64,000 nucleotides of DNA. It comes from Octopus vulgaris (Eukaryota). The DNA lies in contig OX597814.1 of assembly GCA_951406725.2 (NCBI GenBank), positions 118,482,001 through 118,546,000 on the forward strand, in the 5' to 3' direction. Below are positions 1-13,979 of this stretch, in pieces; position 1 is the stretch's first letter; each line of letters starts with the position of its first letter. The translations under genes were made by a program, and so were the position numbers. Under the pieces are notes generated by a model. The model made no database searches. It worked only from the letters and a program-made list of their open reading frames with translations, and was not told the origin of the DNA.

Positions 1-75
<75 letters not shown>

Positions 76-649
76 TCCATACCTAGCGGACCCTCGGAAG
101 CAGTAACTTCTCCAAACGCGGGGTAGACAGCAAGCTACTTTTTAGGCCAACGATACTTTGAATGTATGAAGTTTACACGGGATATTCTAACGACAATGCG
201 AATTTCATATAATCAAGGTATCTTTGGCCTGAAGTGTAGATTACGGTCATCCACACGTTTGGATTATTTATTTCTTCGCTGGTTCTGTCAGCGATAAAGC
301 ATATGTAGCCTGGATTCTATCTACTTCATTCCATATATTCTGGAGATTTATTCGATATGCAACAACTGCTGTGCCAACCGGGAACAGTAAAACAAACTTT
401 TTCAACTTGTATTCGAAACGGGAAAAATTCACAACCTTAACCTTCTGCGTCACTAAATCACTATCGTTCCTGAAATTTGTGTTTCATACTTCTGTGGATT
501 GCTTGAAGACCCCTAAATTCCTGCACCTCTGTTCTTGGCACTTTCATCTACATCCCTACCACACACATACACACGTACACACACACAAACACACATATAC
601 ATGCACGCATCCACAAACGCACACACACACACATATATGTATATATATA

Positions 650-1215
650 TTGGGTTGTCCTGAAAGTTCGTGCCGATTTATAGTAGCTTACCTTTCGATT
701 TATTTTAGAACATGGTTCGTCCATAAAATAGGATTTGACTACACATCCATTTAGAGCACAGTTTTAGCTATGTTTTCGTGGAAGAAGTTATATGTTCCTA
801 TAACCTGTGTTAAATCTGTAACCCTTTAAAATGGAAGGTAAGAAAGTTCATTTTCGGCACTTGATGCTTTGGGAACCAGACAATAATTGATGCAGCTCGA
901 CTGGGATGTGTTACCCCACCTTCCATATTCACCAGATATTGCTCCTTCGGATTTCAACTTACTCAGGTCTCTGCAGAATAGTCTTAATGGTAAAAAATTT
1001 CAATTCATTGGATGACGTAAAAAGATACCTCGATGAATTCATTGCCCTGAAACCACCTCAATTCTGGGAAGAGGTTATTTTCAAGTTAAAGGAAAGATGG
1101 AGACGCATTGTGCAACAAAATGGTTCATATTTGGTTGATTAAAAATGTAATGGCAATTATTTATTGACCATATTCTTTCCTTTAAAGATCGGCGCGAACT
1201 TTCCGAACAAACTAA
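650..1215 (+). mobile_element. Internally deleted mariner element (566 bp) with both TIRs and TA target duplication
   Basis: ~30-bp TIRs TTGGGTTGTCCTGAAAGTTCGTGCCGATTT and AGATCGGCGCGAACTTTCCGAACAAACTAA, flanked by TA. Transposase N-terminus MEGKKVHFRHLMLWE at 831 joins directly to the C-terminal WDVLPHLPYSPDIAPSDF...ERWRRIVQQNGSYLVD. Confidence 0.93.
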
Positions 1216-1589
1216 TATATATATACCAGCAAATATGCACACATAAATATGTGTGTGCGTGTGTGTAGAGAGAGAGGGTGAGAGAGAGAGTGAGAGAGAT
1301 AGAGGGAGAGTAACGGACAGAGAGAAAAGTTGACAAAGAAATGACTGCGTATATTTATGTAAAATATAATCACATGCTCTGTGCCATGTCTTTGACTGGA
1401 AGTAAATGAATAATTTCTTACGCTTTGTAATGCACATCTGAATTCAGGTTGAACAAGGCTTTGTTCTCCATAAGTGAATACGAGATATATGATTGAATAT
1501 ATAACCAGAAATATGAATATATTCTCAGGTATTCTAGTTCCCATAGGACTCTGTATAGAGCACTCGTTTCTCACTTAAAGTATCCATGC

Positions 1590-1626
<37 letters not shown>

Positions 1627-2929
1627 CTCTGTTTATATCTGCGTAAACTCATAAGCATAACATTTCTGCATAATTATATCTATGTATATGTGTGCGTGTG
1701 AGTATGTGTACGTGTAAGTAAATGTATATACGTGTGCGTGTGTGTGTATATATATATAGAGAGAGAGAGACAGACAGAGATAGTAACGCACTCATGTTTA
1801 TATTTGTGTGCATATGAATGCCTGCGAGTTTCCCTACTTAGCATATATCCATGTGTAAACATTTCTGTATGCTAATGGCGTGGAAATAATATGTGTATAC
1901 GTGTGAAAATAATATATGTAAGCACATAAAATTCATATATTCCAGAAAAGCAATACAAAATGTTATGTGCTTATAGTCATCGAGTCAATGAAGTAAGCAT
2001 TAAAATATTTAGGAGCAGCCTTCAAATTTCCATATACGTCACAGTATCTTACACATACTTGAAATCGTTTATTGTTAGCACGGAAAACTGCAACGAAGCA
2101 ATTGATTTTTGTCAAAACGGGCGGGTGAAATATTCTTCGCATAAAATTAATTAAAAACTATCAAATTAATGGAATTAAGCCCCAAAATGCTGCCATTAAA
2201 TATTTTATTTAAAACCTATATGCAACACTTCTACTGATGTATTGTTTAAAATTACTGCGGAGATCAAAGCTATCTATGTTAATGCCCGCTAAAGTGGTGA
2301 ATGGTAAAGTGGTGAATGGTAATTGCCGTCGTGACGGCGGTGATGGTGCTTGTGGAATCGTATATTGTTTCTCGGAAATGGGTTCAATAGTATAATTAGT
2401 ATAAATGACGATAAAGAGTTCGAAAGAAAAATAGGAGCAGTTTGTCTTTTAAAGTTCATCTCCGTTATTGTTGAGAGTGGAAAATGGAAAAGAAAAGGAC
2501 AAAATAATGTCGCAAAAATAAACTCAACATTGTAGCTTGATTCTATAAGAGAAGGTTACGCTCTCTTTGTAATTTAACTGGACATCGCCTATGGCTGTGT
2601 CGATGAACGAGAGTGGAAGAGAGTGATGGCGAGTGAATAAATACATGGATTTTTGTCATGTTTTTTTCTTTTTTTGGTAATAGCGGTTTGGTAATTTGAT
2701 TTTGCTGAAAATTCATACTGATCAGTCTAGTTGTCGAAAAACATTATATTGAATTTAACCTCACTTAAAGCATGGCAGCGTATCCCTTCTGTCTGTCTAT
2801 CTGTCAAGCTCTGTCCGTCCCTGTGCTCATCTGATCATCTGCTTCTTCGCTATTAGCTTTATTAACATCGCTCAGCTTAATCAAAGCTTCACTGATTTTT
2901 TCAATCACCGATTTTGGATTTGCTACAAA

Positions 2930-3001
2930 TTTGACTGACGTCAGTCAAAGATTTTGTTGTGTGGGTATTGGGTGTCATTGGTTGCATTCTTCCTGACGTC
3001 A
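2930..3001. promoter_or_regulatory. Candidate cAMP-responsive promoter/enhancer: two full CRE octamers and two inverted CCAAT boxes
   Basis: TGACGTCA at 2936-2943 (within a perfect 20-bp palindrome, 2930-2949) and at 2994-3001. ATTGG at 2967 and 2977. The surrounding DNA shows no recognisable repeat. Confidence 0.4.
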
Positions 3002-4159
3002 TTGTTTAATTTGAAACATCCTTTATCATTGTTTAAAAAGATCATTCTAGTTGAGAAAAGAATGCTGTTTCAAACTGAGACAGCGATGCAAGTGATAACG
3101 TTGGGGACAACATATTTTTGCATCTCTGATATATTTTCATTTACGTGCTATACAAAGTAGACCGTGTATTATATGCAAAGACAAAGATATGAAACGATTC
3201 GTATTATCAAAGTTAAGAATCTCAGTTTCTTTGTTCATGATAAATAGTCACGTATTTTATAACCACCTGCTTTAAGTTATCCGCTATTCATAAATGCCTA
3301 TGACAATTCAGTCTCTGAATATCATAACAAGCAGATTCTTCTATACATTTAATTGGATCTCGTGTTACGTATCAAGCCATAAATTTCATTTTTATTCTCT
3401 TTTTAATAATTAATGACATTACATACCAAATATAGATGCACAACTATAAAATCTCCATCCTCAGTATATAAAAATTTTAATATACATCATATCTAAATCT
3501 ATCTATCTATATAATAAAATGTTTATATAGAAAAATGGAGGTGGAAATAGTACAGAAGTAAATCTAAGGCAATTCAATTTGGAAACAATTTAATAAAATA
3601 ATTTTAAAATTATATATAGAAAATATGGAATATTACCTGTTTCAATGAGTAATCTCATCTGATCAAATATAATAAAATGTTATAAAAGTCTGAAGTCTGA
3701 ACATTTTATCTTCTACTTGGAGTTCAAAAATATGTATGGGATCTTTTCATTGAAACCTTTAAATATGGAGTTTAAGGTATTAGAGAGGAGGTATAGTTGT
3801 CTATTATCCGTAAAGAACTTTATTGAATAATCTTTATGTCCACCTGTGTGTGAGTGTGTGTGTTTGCGTGTGTGTGTGAGTGTGTGTGTGAGTGTGTGTG
3901 TATTGTGCTGAATGTCCTTTCAAATATATATGGACACATCTTCTGGGACATCCTCCTCAAACCCTTCCTGAAACATATACTGAGTTACATACGAGACGAT
4001 CTAGACATGCTAAAGCCTTGCCATAAACAGTAAATAAACATATAAATAAACGAATGGCGGTTCCCCAGCATGGCCATAGCTCGTGAGCTGAAACTAGATA
4101 AAATATAAAATATAATATAAAATAAAATATACAACTTTTACTTCGTTTATGTTGTGAAA

Positions 4160-4960
4160 CTATACAGCAACACTGGAATAACTGCAATCCAATACTAGTT
4201 AGATACTCATCAATATGAAATTTCCAACAGGCATTGAAAATATAATTTATCATTGATGGGCAAAGATTTATACCTGAAAGCAACTTTTTACTTTCAACGG
4301 TTCGGATGGCTGCCAAACATCAGAAACAGTGATGAGTATGAAAGTAACCTCCATATACGCCAGTATAGTCATGGGATTCCACGAACAAAATATATACAAC
4401 CAATCTCTTTTAATATTCCGTAACACGTTCCATACACAACTCTGAAAGAATTGGAAAAGTTAACTGGATGATTGCTTTATCTGACGGCAGAAAGACATTG
4501 ACAAGCTAAGTGAATTTAAAAACATGTCAAACAACGTCAGAAATAACATCCAATTTGCAATGGAATTTAATCCCCAAAACTGACTTTTCTGGATATCCTA
4601 ATCACAAACCAAGATGGCAAAATAGAAACGGGCATATTCTACAAACCCACTGAATCTATCCAGTACCCTCTTTTTACATCATGTCACCTGAAACACACCA
4701 AACTCAATATTTCCTTCTATCTGTCAAAACAAATTTGCCCCATGTTATCAGAAGTATCAAAACATGAACTGTAGGACGCATTTATTCAAAAAAACCTTTC
4801 CCCCTGGCATTAACATCAACGGAATAAACAAGGCGAAGTAAATAGATACCAATGAACTGAGGAAAACAAAAAAAGAAGAAAAAAAGGTAAATGTCTTACC
4901 GTTCATGTCAACCTTCAATCGCCAGAAACACTGAAATATTTGATCACATCCATAAAGACC
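4160..4960 (+). mobile_element. Degenerate Penelope-like element reverse transcriptase fragment
   Basis: Broken frames translate to SNFF.TFNG...VMSMKVTSIYASIVMGFHE, WKS*LDDCFI and FLDILITNQDGKIETGIFYKPTESIQYPLFTSCHLKHTKLNI, matching PLE RT motifs and the thumb. Confidence 0.85.
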
Positions 4961-4974
4961 TGTAGTGCTCCTAA

Positions 4975-5791
4975 AGGTTTAGATTTGTTGGTCCATGGGC
5001 TTCAAGATTGGTGTGGACTGCATGATAGGTGTGGTAAATGTTATAAATTTAAATTCGTCCAGAATATCATCTTCGAGCTTAAGAGGTGAGCAGGAGCATT
5101 GTCGAGGATGAGGGGACCCTTGAGAGGAAGATTCTTCTCCAGATGTTACTTTTTCATTGCTGGTCCGAAGACAAGGTTGACCCACTGGGAGAAGAATTGC
5201 CTGGTAACCCAGGCTTTAACGCTTGCCCTCCAGATAACCTGCGGCTCCTCCTTCAGGATTTTATTGGAATTGAGCGCTCGTGAGTTTTCAGAATAGTAGA
5301 AAAGAAGCTGCTTAGTCTTCAAATCTCCCCTCGCATTGGTACAAAGGGCGAGTGTTAGCCGACCTTTCATAGGCTTGTGACCAGACATTTTCTTTTCGTC
5401 TGCAGTTGTGTAGGTTTCTGCCTTCAATTCTATCGTAATAAGCTTTTTCTTCTTGTCAGCCCTGTCCTTTGCACTAACATTCGTAGGACCCATGGTTAAC
5501 ACAATTAACTATTATAAAATAATAACAATAAAATACACGAAACTAAACAAAAACACTGAGTAAAACGCAACAGGGATCCTGTCACAACGACATTTACACG
5601 ATAACCGAGCGAGCGGAGATTGCTCTTGTTTGGAGAGGGTGTGAGAGCTCAGCGCCGACCAGCAGTTACTTTATGCAACTCGCTCGTGTTGTAGATTTCG
5701 GCTCGTAATTCAAGACAAAAATTCGCACGAGCCTTCGGTGATACAGAAAATTACTCGTACAATATTGCACTCGTACTTCGAGATTCTACTC
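4975..5791 (-). mobile_element. Tigger/pogo (CENP-B-like DDE) transposon remnant, internally deleted, one terminus present
   Basis: ORF 5146-5502 reads GHKPMKGRLTLALCTNARGD...WRASVKAWVTRQFF, continuing as ILDNAPAH and LKPMDQ. A TIR-like GTAGAATCTCGAAGTACGAG lies at about 5770-5790. Confidence 0.88.
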
Positions 5792-6738
5792 GTATATATT
5801 TATATAAGTGTGTGTGTGCATGTATGTATTATGTATGTAGGAAGTTAGGTAAGTATGGAGGTAGGTAGTTAGGAAAGTGGGTAGACAGGTAGGTAGGTAG
5901 GTAGGTAGGGAGATAGGTAGGATAGGGTTAGGTGGGTAAATAGGTCGGTATACTTACATACATTCAGAGGGATAGAAAGTAAGTGAAATATAGAGAAATA
6001 CGTTTGCATCAATTTCTATATACGACTTATATCTTCGTATTTCCGTTAGTTTTAACAGGTCGCCCCAGTTGGTTTCATTTTTATCAAGCAAATGCGCGCT
6101 TCTTGTCCGTTTACGCATGTTAAAGCATTTCAGTCGCACCCAGTAAACCATATATTTAATTTTCTCAATGCGAGAATCAAACTAACATTACGTGCGATAG
6201 TTTATTGCAGTAATGCAGCTTAACATTTATTTGTGGTTAACGGGAAGGCGGAAAATGCAGAAAAACTCGAAAGAAAAAAAGATATCATCATCTGATTGCA
6301 TATAATCAGAGTTGTTTTTAATACGGTGTTCTCTTGTCGTTTATTAAACTGTAGTTACACGTATTTGTGTCAGATATGTCAGATGGAAATATGTAACAGA
6401 TCAAGGATATTAAACATGAAACAATAGGCAATATTGATTTCTAGTGTTAAACAAGTAAATTGGCGAACAGAAGTGCAAAAGTGAATGACTAAGACAGATA
6501 GAGGGAGGGGGAAAGAGAGATGAAGGGAGAGAGATGATGAGTGAGAGAGCGACCACGCAGATATGATAAATGATTCTCGTTCTTCGGAATTCAAATTCCG
6601 AAGAACGAGAATCATTAGTGTCGGAACAAGTGTATCATAAAAGCTTGTACTTTTGAAAATGCTTCATATTATTCATTAACCAAAAAATCTATAAAAAAAA
6701 ATAGGAAAACTAAATGTTGAATACTGCATGATATCTAG

Positions 6739-6954
6739 CTCTTTTACTCTTTTACTCTTTTACTTGTTTCAGTCATTTGACTGTGGCCATGATGGAGCAC
6801 CGCCTTGAGTCGAGGAAATCGACACCAGGACTTATTCTTTGTAAGTCTAGTACTTATTCTATTGGGCTCGTTTGCCGAACCGCTAGGTTACGGGGACGTA
6901 ATAACACCAGCATCGGTTTTCAAGTGATGTTGGGGTGGGGGACAAACACAAACA

Positions 6955-7027
<73 letters not shown>

Positions 7028-7180
7028 GACGGGATTCTTTCAGTTTCGGTCTACCAGATCCACTTTGGTCAGCCCAAGGCTGTAGTAGAAAACACTTGCC
7101 CTAGGTGCAACGCAGTGGTACTGAAACCGGAACTATGTGGTTCGTAATCAAGCTACTTACCGCACTGTCACTCCTACGCT
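6739..7180 (-). mobile_element. tRNA-derived SINE (family A, internal (TA)n/(TG)n tract, (GTAAAAGA)n tail)
   Basis: Reverse complement of the family A copy at 30630-31027. Confidence 0.9.
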
Positions 7181-8559
7181 TATAATTATATAGCTGTTAC
7201 TTATTTTTTCGTTTTATTGCTTGGAAGGGAAAAACTGTTTCTTATAAGACAATAAAGTGATGCAAAGTATCAAATGCTCAAAGGAGAGAGGTGTATACTA
7301 AATATAGACAAAACTAAACGATTAACTTCATGAATAGAAACAGTCATGGCGATTGTTCTCCACGCTATAGCCCGCTAACGATTGAGAATGATAACTTTGT
7401 AGTTGAACTGAGATTGTGTGTGAAAATACACACAATTATTGCAGTGGAATGAAACTTGAAGTATAGCAGATAAATAGGTTTCTACTATGTTTCTCGTAGG
7501 TATAATATTTTTCAATATTAGACACGTGAGTTCAAATCCAACCGAGTACGGTTTTTGCCTCTCGTTGTTTTAGAGACGAAATCTCTTTTTGTCTCTCATG
7601 ATATTTACCTTTAGATACATACGTGATATATGCGTAGAAAATTTGGTACCTTATTCTGGATGATATTTTGTGGTGGAAAACGGTAGTCAAAGAAAGTGGC
7701 TTTGATGCCGCAGTCAGTGAAAAAGATATTCTCTTTATTATAACACTTACAGAATTAGTGCTTTGCTGACAACATTTCCATAAGCAATACAAAACTTGCT
7801 ACGTATTCAAATATGCTGTATTCATAACATCCTTTTTCTAGGGACCAACATGTTTGTTATTTAGTCGCAAGCACTGATACAAATACCCTTCAAACACACA
7901 TTATGACCTCATTACTAAAGGAATCATAGGAGAATGAAATCTAGCGTTTGTTTGTAAAAGACTTACTATTGATCTCAAAGAGGAAGTGATGTTTCTTAAT
8001 AAAGCATTCTCTTTCGTGATAAAACAATGCAGGTGATAATCATTTTATTTCATGCATTAAAGTATTTTAGTGCTAAAATCAAGGGCCAGTTTTGATCCAT
8101 ATGACATAATATGAAATTTGTTCCTAATATTTTTGTGTATCCATACTTGCATTCTCCAATGTGCCCATTGTTTCCAAAACGCCGAAGTGTGATTTAATGA
8201 ATTTGCTGCCTAAATAAGTCATGCGGACAGGTAAAGCCTTCACTTTATCATAATGACTTCTCAATATTCCATATTCCCACATTTGCGACATAAATTATCC
8301 TAAAGATGAGATCTTCTAACTGTAGTTGAATGATTAACCTTTATAAGAAGAAAAGCTATTTTCTTGATATCTAGGATTCTAAGGAAATTTTAAATGTCAA
8401 TATCAACAATATAAGCTGTGGATTACAGAGATTTTATGCCATAACTAAGAACAGCTAGAATTAGCAGCAACGGGTTCAACAAAACACAATAATGTTCTAT
8501 GCCTCTGCCCAAAGATTTATGACAGACTAACTGTAGACAAAAACTTCGCTACGGGCTAG

Positions 8560-10220
8560 TTAGTGATCAGGTCTGCGTCGACGCGGACATCCGGTTAAAC
8601 GCGCTTTCTACTAAGGAGAATTTGACTGGGGGCTATCGCCCTCATGTATTTAAGTGAATAAATCTTTCGCCAATGCATTCTGGTTCTCCACAGAACAACA
8701 GCTATCACAATACTGGTCGAAGAGGTCTGAGCTATAGTTCGCTCAAGCGGAAGCGCAATATAACGTACTCAAAATAACTTCAGGCCTAACGAAATATTCA
8801 TACAAAGTAGCTGCACTAGATGAAGATACGGTAACGAGGATGCTACACATTTTAATCCAACCCCCAGCTACGCAAATTACACCACGTTAAAATGCAGGCT
8901 GGTGGATACTTCCCAGCGGAGCAACCGAGAAGCGGCAGCCAAGACACTGGAGGAATGATTAGGTGATTCCAATCCTTCGGAATTGATGGATAAGATATAC
9001 GCAGTAGTTTCTCCCGATGTGTCACCTTCCTTTTTGTTTACGAAAATATTCCACCGCAAGTTACCACCCCAGGTCCTGCCCCCATATCTCAGATCGAGAT
9101 CAATGTCCTACGGCAGTTAGCAAAGGAAGCGGACAAACCTTTGTTTTTTTCTTATCCAGTGGTGTTATGGTCAACGCGATAGAATCGGCTTTCTCGAAAA
9201 TCCACCTCATCTGAGGTTACAACCAAATATCAGCACAAGACAATGATGTACAGACAACTGCTCTGATCACTCGTTTCGGACTGTACGAATTCCAACGTAC
9301 ATCCTTTGACCTGAAAAACGCAGCACCATCCTTCCATCGCTTGATGGACACCGTAGGAGTCTGGAATTCATCTTTTCATACTTAGATGATATCTTTATCG
9401 CAGGCCAAAATGCGGAACTACACAAGAAGCACCTAGTGACTCTTTTTGATAGACTGGAACAGTATGGTCTAGTAATCCATCCTGTCAAGTGTGTGCTTGG
9501 TGTTACAGAAATCGACTTCCGGCGACATCGAATAACAGGAACTGGTGCTATACCCCAGCCACAAACAAAGTTCTACACCAATATCTGTGCATAGTAAACT
9601 TTTACAATCACATCACACTTTCTGCAGCATAAGTGATAAGATCCCTATACAAGGCATTGTCAAAAGGTGGTTCAAAGAGACAGGCGGAGTGGGATGATGC
9701 TATGACCTTAGCCATTAAATACAATAAACAAGCTCTGGTTAAAGTAACTATGGTGTCCCATCCTCATATGTAAGTTTCGATTGCACTCACAACCATTGGG
9801 AGGGGTGGGGGCTTTTGTAACAATGCATCAATGATCAGTGGCGACCACTTGCCTTCTTCAGTCGAAAATTGGACACCCTAAAAAGAGATAGAGTACTTTG
9901 GGCAGAGAACTGCTGGTTGTACATCTAGGTCTCCGTCACTTACGCTATTTCCTTGAAGGTCACATGTTATTGGTGTTCTCAAACCTAAAAACCACTTACT
10001 TTTGCTATGGGCAAACTCTTGGAAACATGTTCTGCATGCCAGAAACGACAGTTATCGACCGTTTCTGAGTACAACAAGGACATCCAACACATAGCTAGAA
10101 AAGGCAACCCAATCGCCGACGCCTCTCTCGTGCCTCTACCTGCTCTCAGATATATTTAGCCCCAATATCGGAAGGCCTGGACTCCGAGGCTATAGCTACA
10201 GCTCAACCTGCAGATGACCA
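8560..10220 (+). mobile_element. Degenerate Gypsy/Ty3 LTR-retrotransposon gag-pol remnant
   Basis: Protease LVDT at about 8900. RT motifs FSKIHL, TTALITRFGLYEF, LKNAAPSF and YLDDIFI (9379). RNase H WRPLAFFSRKL...RELL...HLRYFLEG and KGNPIADA. Many stops and frameshifts; no LTR pair recognised. Confidence 0.9.
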
Positions 10221-10492
10221 GATGAGATCAGGAAGAGAGAGAGAGAGCAAACAGAACGGGAAAAGAGATAACAGTACAGGGTAGAGTCACATGAAAATGA
10301 TTCAGATAAACTTACTTGGAATTGAATGCGTGTCGTTCAATCATCATATATATATATATATATATGAAGTAAAAAGAAAGACCACATGGATTTACGAAAT
10401 AGAAACAGGCAAAAATGAGCATGTGAACAACGAGAGAAACAAATGGAAAACAAGAAAAGTAACGTAAAGAAAGACCCTCAATCATATATGTA

Positions 10493-10554
<62 letters not shown>

Positions 10555-10556
<2 letters not shown>

Positions 10557-10775
10557 TGTGTGATTTTGTGTGTCTGTGTTTGTCCCCCTAGCATTGCTTG
10601 ACAACCGATGCTGGTGTGTGAATGTCCCCGTTACTTAGCGGTTCAACAAAATAGACCGATATAATAAGCACTGGGCTTACAAAAAATGAGTCCCGGGGTC
10701 GAGTTGCTCGATTAAATGCTGTGCTCCAGCATGGCCGAGGTCAAATGACTGAAACAAGTTAAAGAGTAAAAGAGT
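10555..10775 (+). mobile_element. SINE family A, 3' half
   Basis: Matches 30830-31027 (TTTGTCCCCCTAGCATTGCTTGACAACCGATG...CAAATGACTGAAACAAG). Confidence 0.88.
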
Positions 10776-10798
10776 ATATATATGTATATATATATATC

Positions 10799-10877
<79 letters not shown>

Positions 10878-11412
10878 ATATTTTTTTATATACACATACA
10901 TACCAGCCTATATTTTGTCTCACATATATAATTCACTTTAATGCCGATGTATTACAATAACACTGCAACGTTACTTAGCTGCTGAATAAATTCAGGAAAC
11001 ACCAATATTCCCAAGAAAATATTTCAATTGACTTTTCTATAACGATGTAGAACTTTGGAACGAATACGATCGAGGCATATTTAAATGCAGTCTTTACAAT
11101 ATACTCTATCTATAAATGAAAATCAATATAACCAATTATCTAAAGTATCTGCGATTTTTTTCACTGGATTTTTACTTCCGCTACAATGAAACACTAAAAC
11201 TAAGAACGAAGATATTTTTCAAATACCAGGGATCGCTAATAATAAGTCAAAGGCTTAAACTACTTTCCTTATGAATTCAGGAAAAGAATAATCGAGATAA
11301 TGTTTTTTTCCTTCTGACATGTTAAGAATTTTCTTTATATTTAAAGTAACGTGCCTCATTCAGATTTGTTCTCGTTCATGTCTTGATATGAATACATTTA
11401 TCTTAAAGGTTT

Positions 11413-11447
<35 letters not shown>

Positions 11448-11705
11448 TCTCTATGTGCGCATGTGTGCATGTATTCATGTGCGTACGTTTGTGTGAGCAT
11501 GTAGGTACGTTGGTATATATGTACAAACTGGTAATATAACACAATACATAAATTGTGGCATATTGAAACCCAAATAAGTGTAGAGGAAAAGTCAGAACAA
11601 GCATGTTTTTACATAACTTCATACACACGCATTCAAGCAAGAATATACATACATACACACAGAGGCACACACACACACACACACACATACAGATATATAT
11701 ATATG

Positions 11706-11782
<77 letters not shown>

Positions 11783-11857
11783 GCACATAATCTAATTACA
11801 AAAAGCCGTAACTTCGAAGTCACTCACAAAATAAATGTATGAATATATACTGAGAGT

Positions 11858-11911
<54 letters not shown>

Positions 11912-11915
11912 CCAT

Positions 11916-11947
<32 letters not shown>

Positions 11948-12604
11948 TTAGTTATATATATATACACACACACTCATGTATATGTATATGCATGTATACA
12001 AAAACACAGGCACACATAACCACACACACACAAACATATACACGCAGATATTGTATAACACCCCCGTATTGTTCCAATGAGGGGCAATTATATAAGCATC
12101 TTAGTAAGAGCATTGTCGTTATTTGCCAGTATTCATAATCTTATATGGCAAATAAGTGTCATTTACTGCGATCTATTCTTTCACGTCAATTAAACGTATT
12201 ATTCTACTAACAGTACAATGAATTTTGTTACATCGTATTCTCCGAAATAGCAATAGATACTGAACTCTCTCAAATGTCAATTGTATCGTTTTAAGTATTC
12301 CTGCCGCTGGATAAAATTACAAGAAACCAGGTTAAGATTGATCAATACTTAAGTTCGGAGTTGATCTTTTATAACGTTTCCGTTATTCTGAAAGCAAATG
12401 AAATAATTTGTTAAAGTTTTTATTCGATTTCTATGGAGAAAATTTTGTTTATAAGTAGGCATTTTCTGTCACGTTTTTGAAAATAGCGAAAAGGATTGAA
12501 TCCATAGAATTATGTATTTATGTCGATATATATGTGCGTGCTTGTGTGTATGTATGAATGCATGTATGTATATTTGTATGTACGCATCTATCTATCAATC
12601 TATC

Positions 12605-12645
<41 letters not shown>

Positions 12646-12715
12646 CACATGTATATATACATCCATACATACATGCATAACACATACGTATATACACATG
12701 TATGTATATATGTAC

Positions 12716-12755
<40 letters not shown>

Positions 12756-12829
12756 GGAGAGAGAGATAGAGAGAGAGAAAGAGAGTGTGAGAAAAGGGGA
12801 TTTGTATATATATTTATATATTTTTATTA

Positions 12830-13050
12830 TTTTATGTGTTTTGGATGTTTGACTGTGGCCATGCTGGGGCACCGCTTTTAGTCGAGCCAATCGACCGTAG
12901 GACTTATTTTTTGTAAGCCTAGTAGTTATTCTATCTCTTGTCGGACCGCTAAGTTACTCGGACGGAAGCATACCAGCATCGGTTGGCAAGCGATGTTGGG
13001 GGGTCCAAACACAGATACACAAACATACACACACACATACACACATGCAT

Positions 13051-13095
<45 letters not shown>

Positions 13096-13200
13096 AACAA
13101 AGGGGCTTTTTCCAGTTTCCCTCTAACAAACCCACTCACAAGGTTTTGGTCGGCACGAGGCTGTAGCAGAAGAGTGAACCCGGAAACTTACCACCCAACC
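12830..13200 (-). mobile_element. SINE family A, partial
   Basis: Reverse-complement similarity to family A, with the internal (CA)n(TA)n tract. Confidence 0.85.
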
Positions 13201-13202
13201 TC

Positions 13203-13264
<62 letters not shown>

Positions 13265-13780
13265 GTGCTATTTCCAACGTGGTGGTATCTCTTAGATACC
13301 CTAAATTATAAATTTGATAATAATTATTACATTTGAAGATATTATTCCCATGCTGGCTACCTGATAGGGATAGGAAGGAAATGTAAAGAATAAATATGGC
13401 CGAGGAGTGAGAGGCGGGTTGATCTGTTTGAAAGGCAATAAGGTGGAGAGGTGGGTAAAAAATTGGTACGGGTCGGGTTACTAAAGTGCGTAGTAAACCC
13501 TAGAAAGAAAGGGAAGAATAAAGTATATAATGGCCAAGTTTCTAAAAATAGACACAGGTCTTTATTGTACTGGCTAATATCATAGTGGAGACTGAGGAAT
13601 CAGAGTGAGAAAGATAGAAGTGTATATTGTTACACGCATGTGCGCACGCATATAAACATAAACTTGTGCATATGTACTATTATATAGGCCCGCATACTTA
13701 TGTAATTTTAAACCCATACGCATATATGCACACACAGTCATACACAAACACGTGCGCGCACACATACATACACACACGCG

Positions 13781-13828
<48 letters not shown>

Positions 13829-13979
13829 CCTTTACATATTCAGTTTGTAAGATTCTTGATGTGAATTCGTGTGTTGAAAGAGATATTGTTGTATTTGGGG
13901 ATGGTCAAATTACCAGTTAATCCACTGAAAACACGCGCACTACATATTTGGTGTTCACTTGCTTCAGCTTTATTTTATA

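Noticed and set aside
10677-13920. Many ORFs rich in YI/HT/CV repeats (also near 30400, 37700, 51000, 55000, 60000 and 63100-63800)
   Set aside because: These are translations of (TA)n/(CA)n microsatellites, which lack stop codons.
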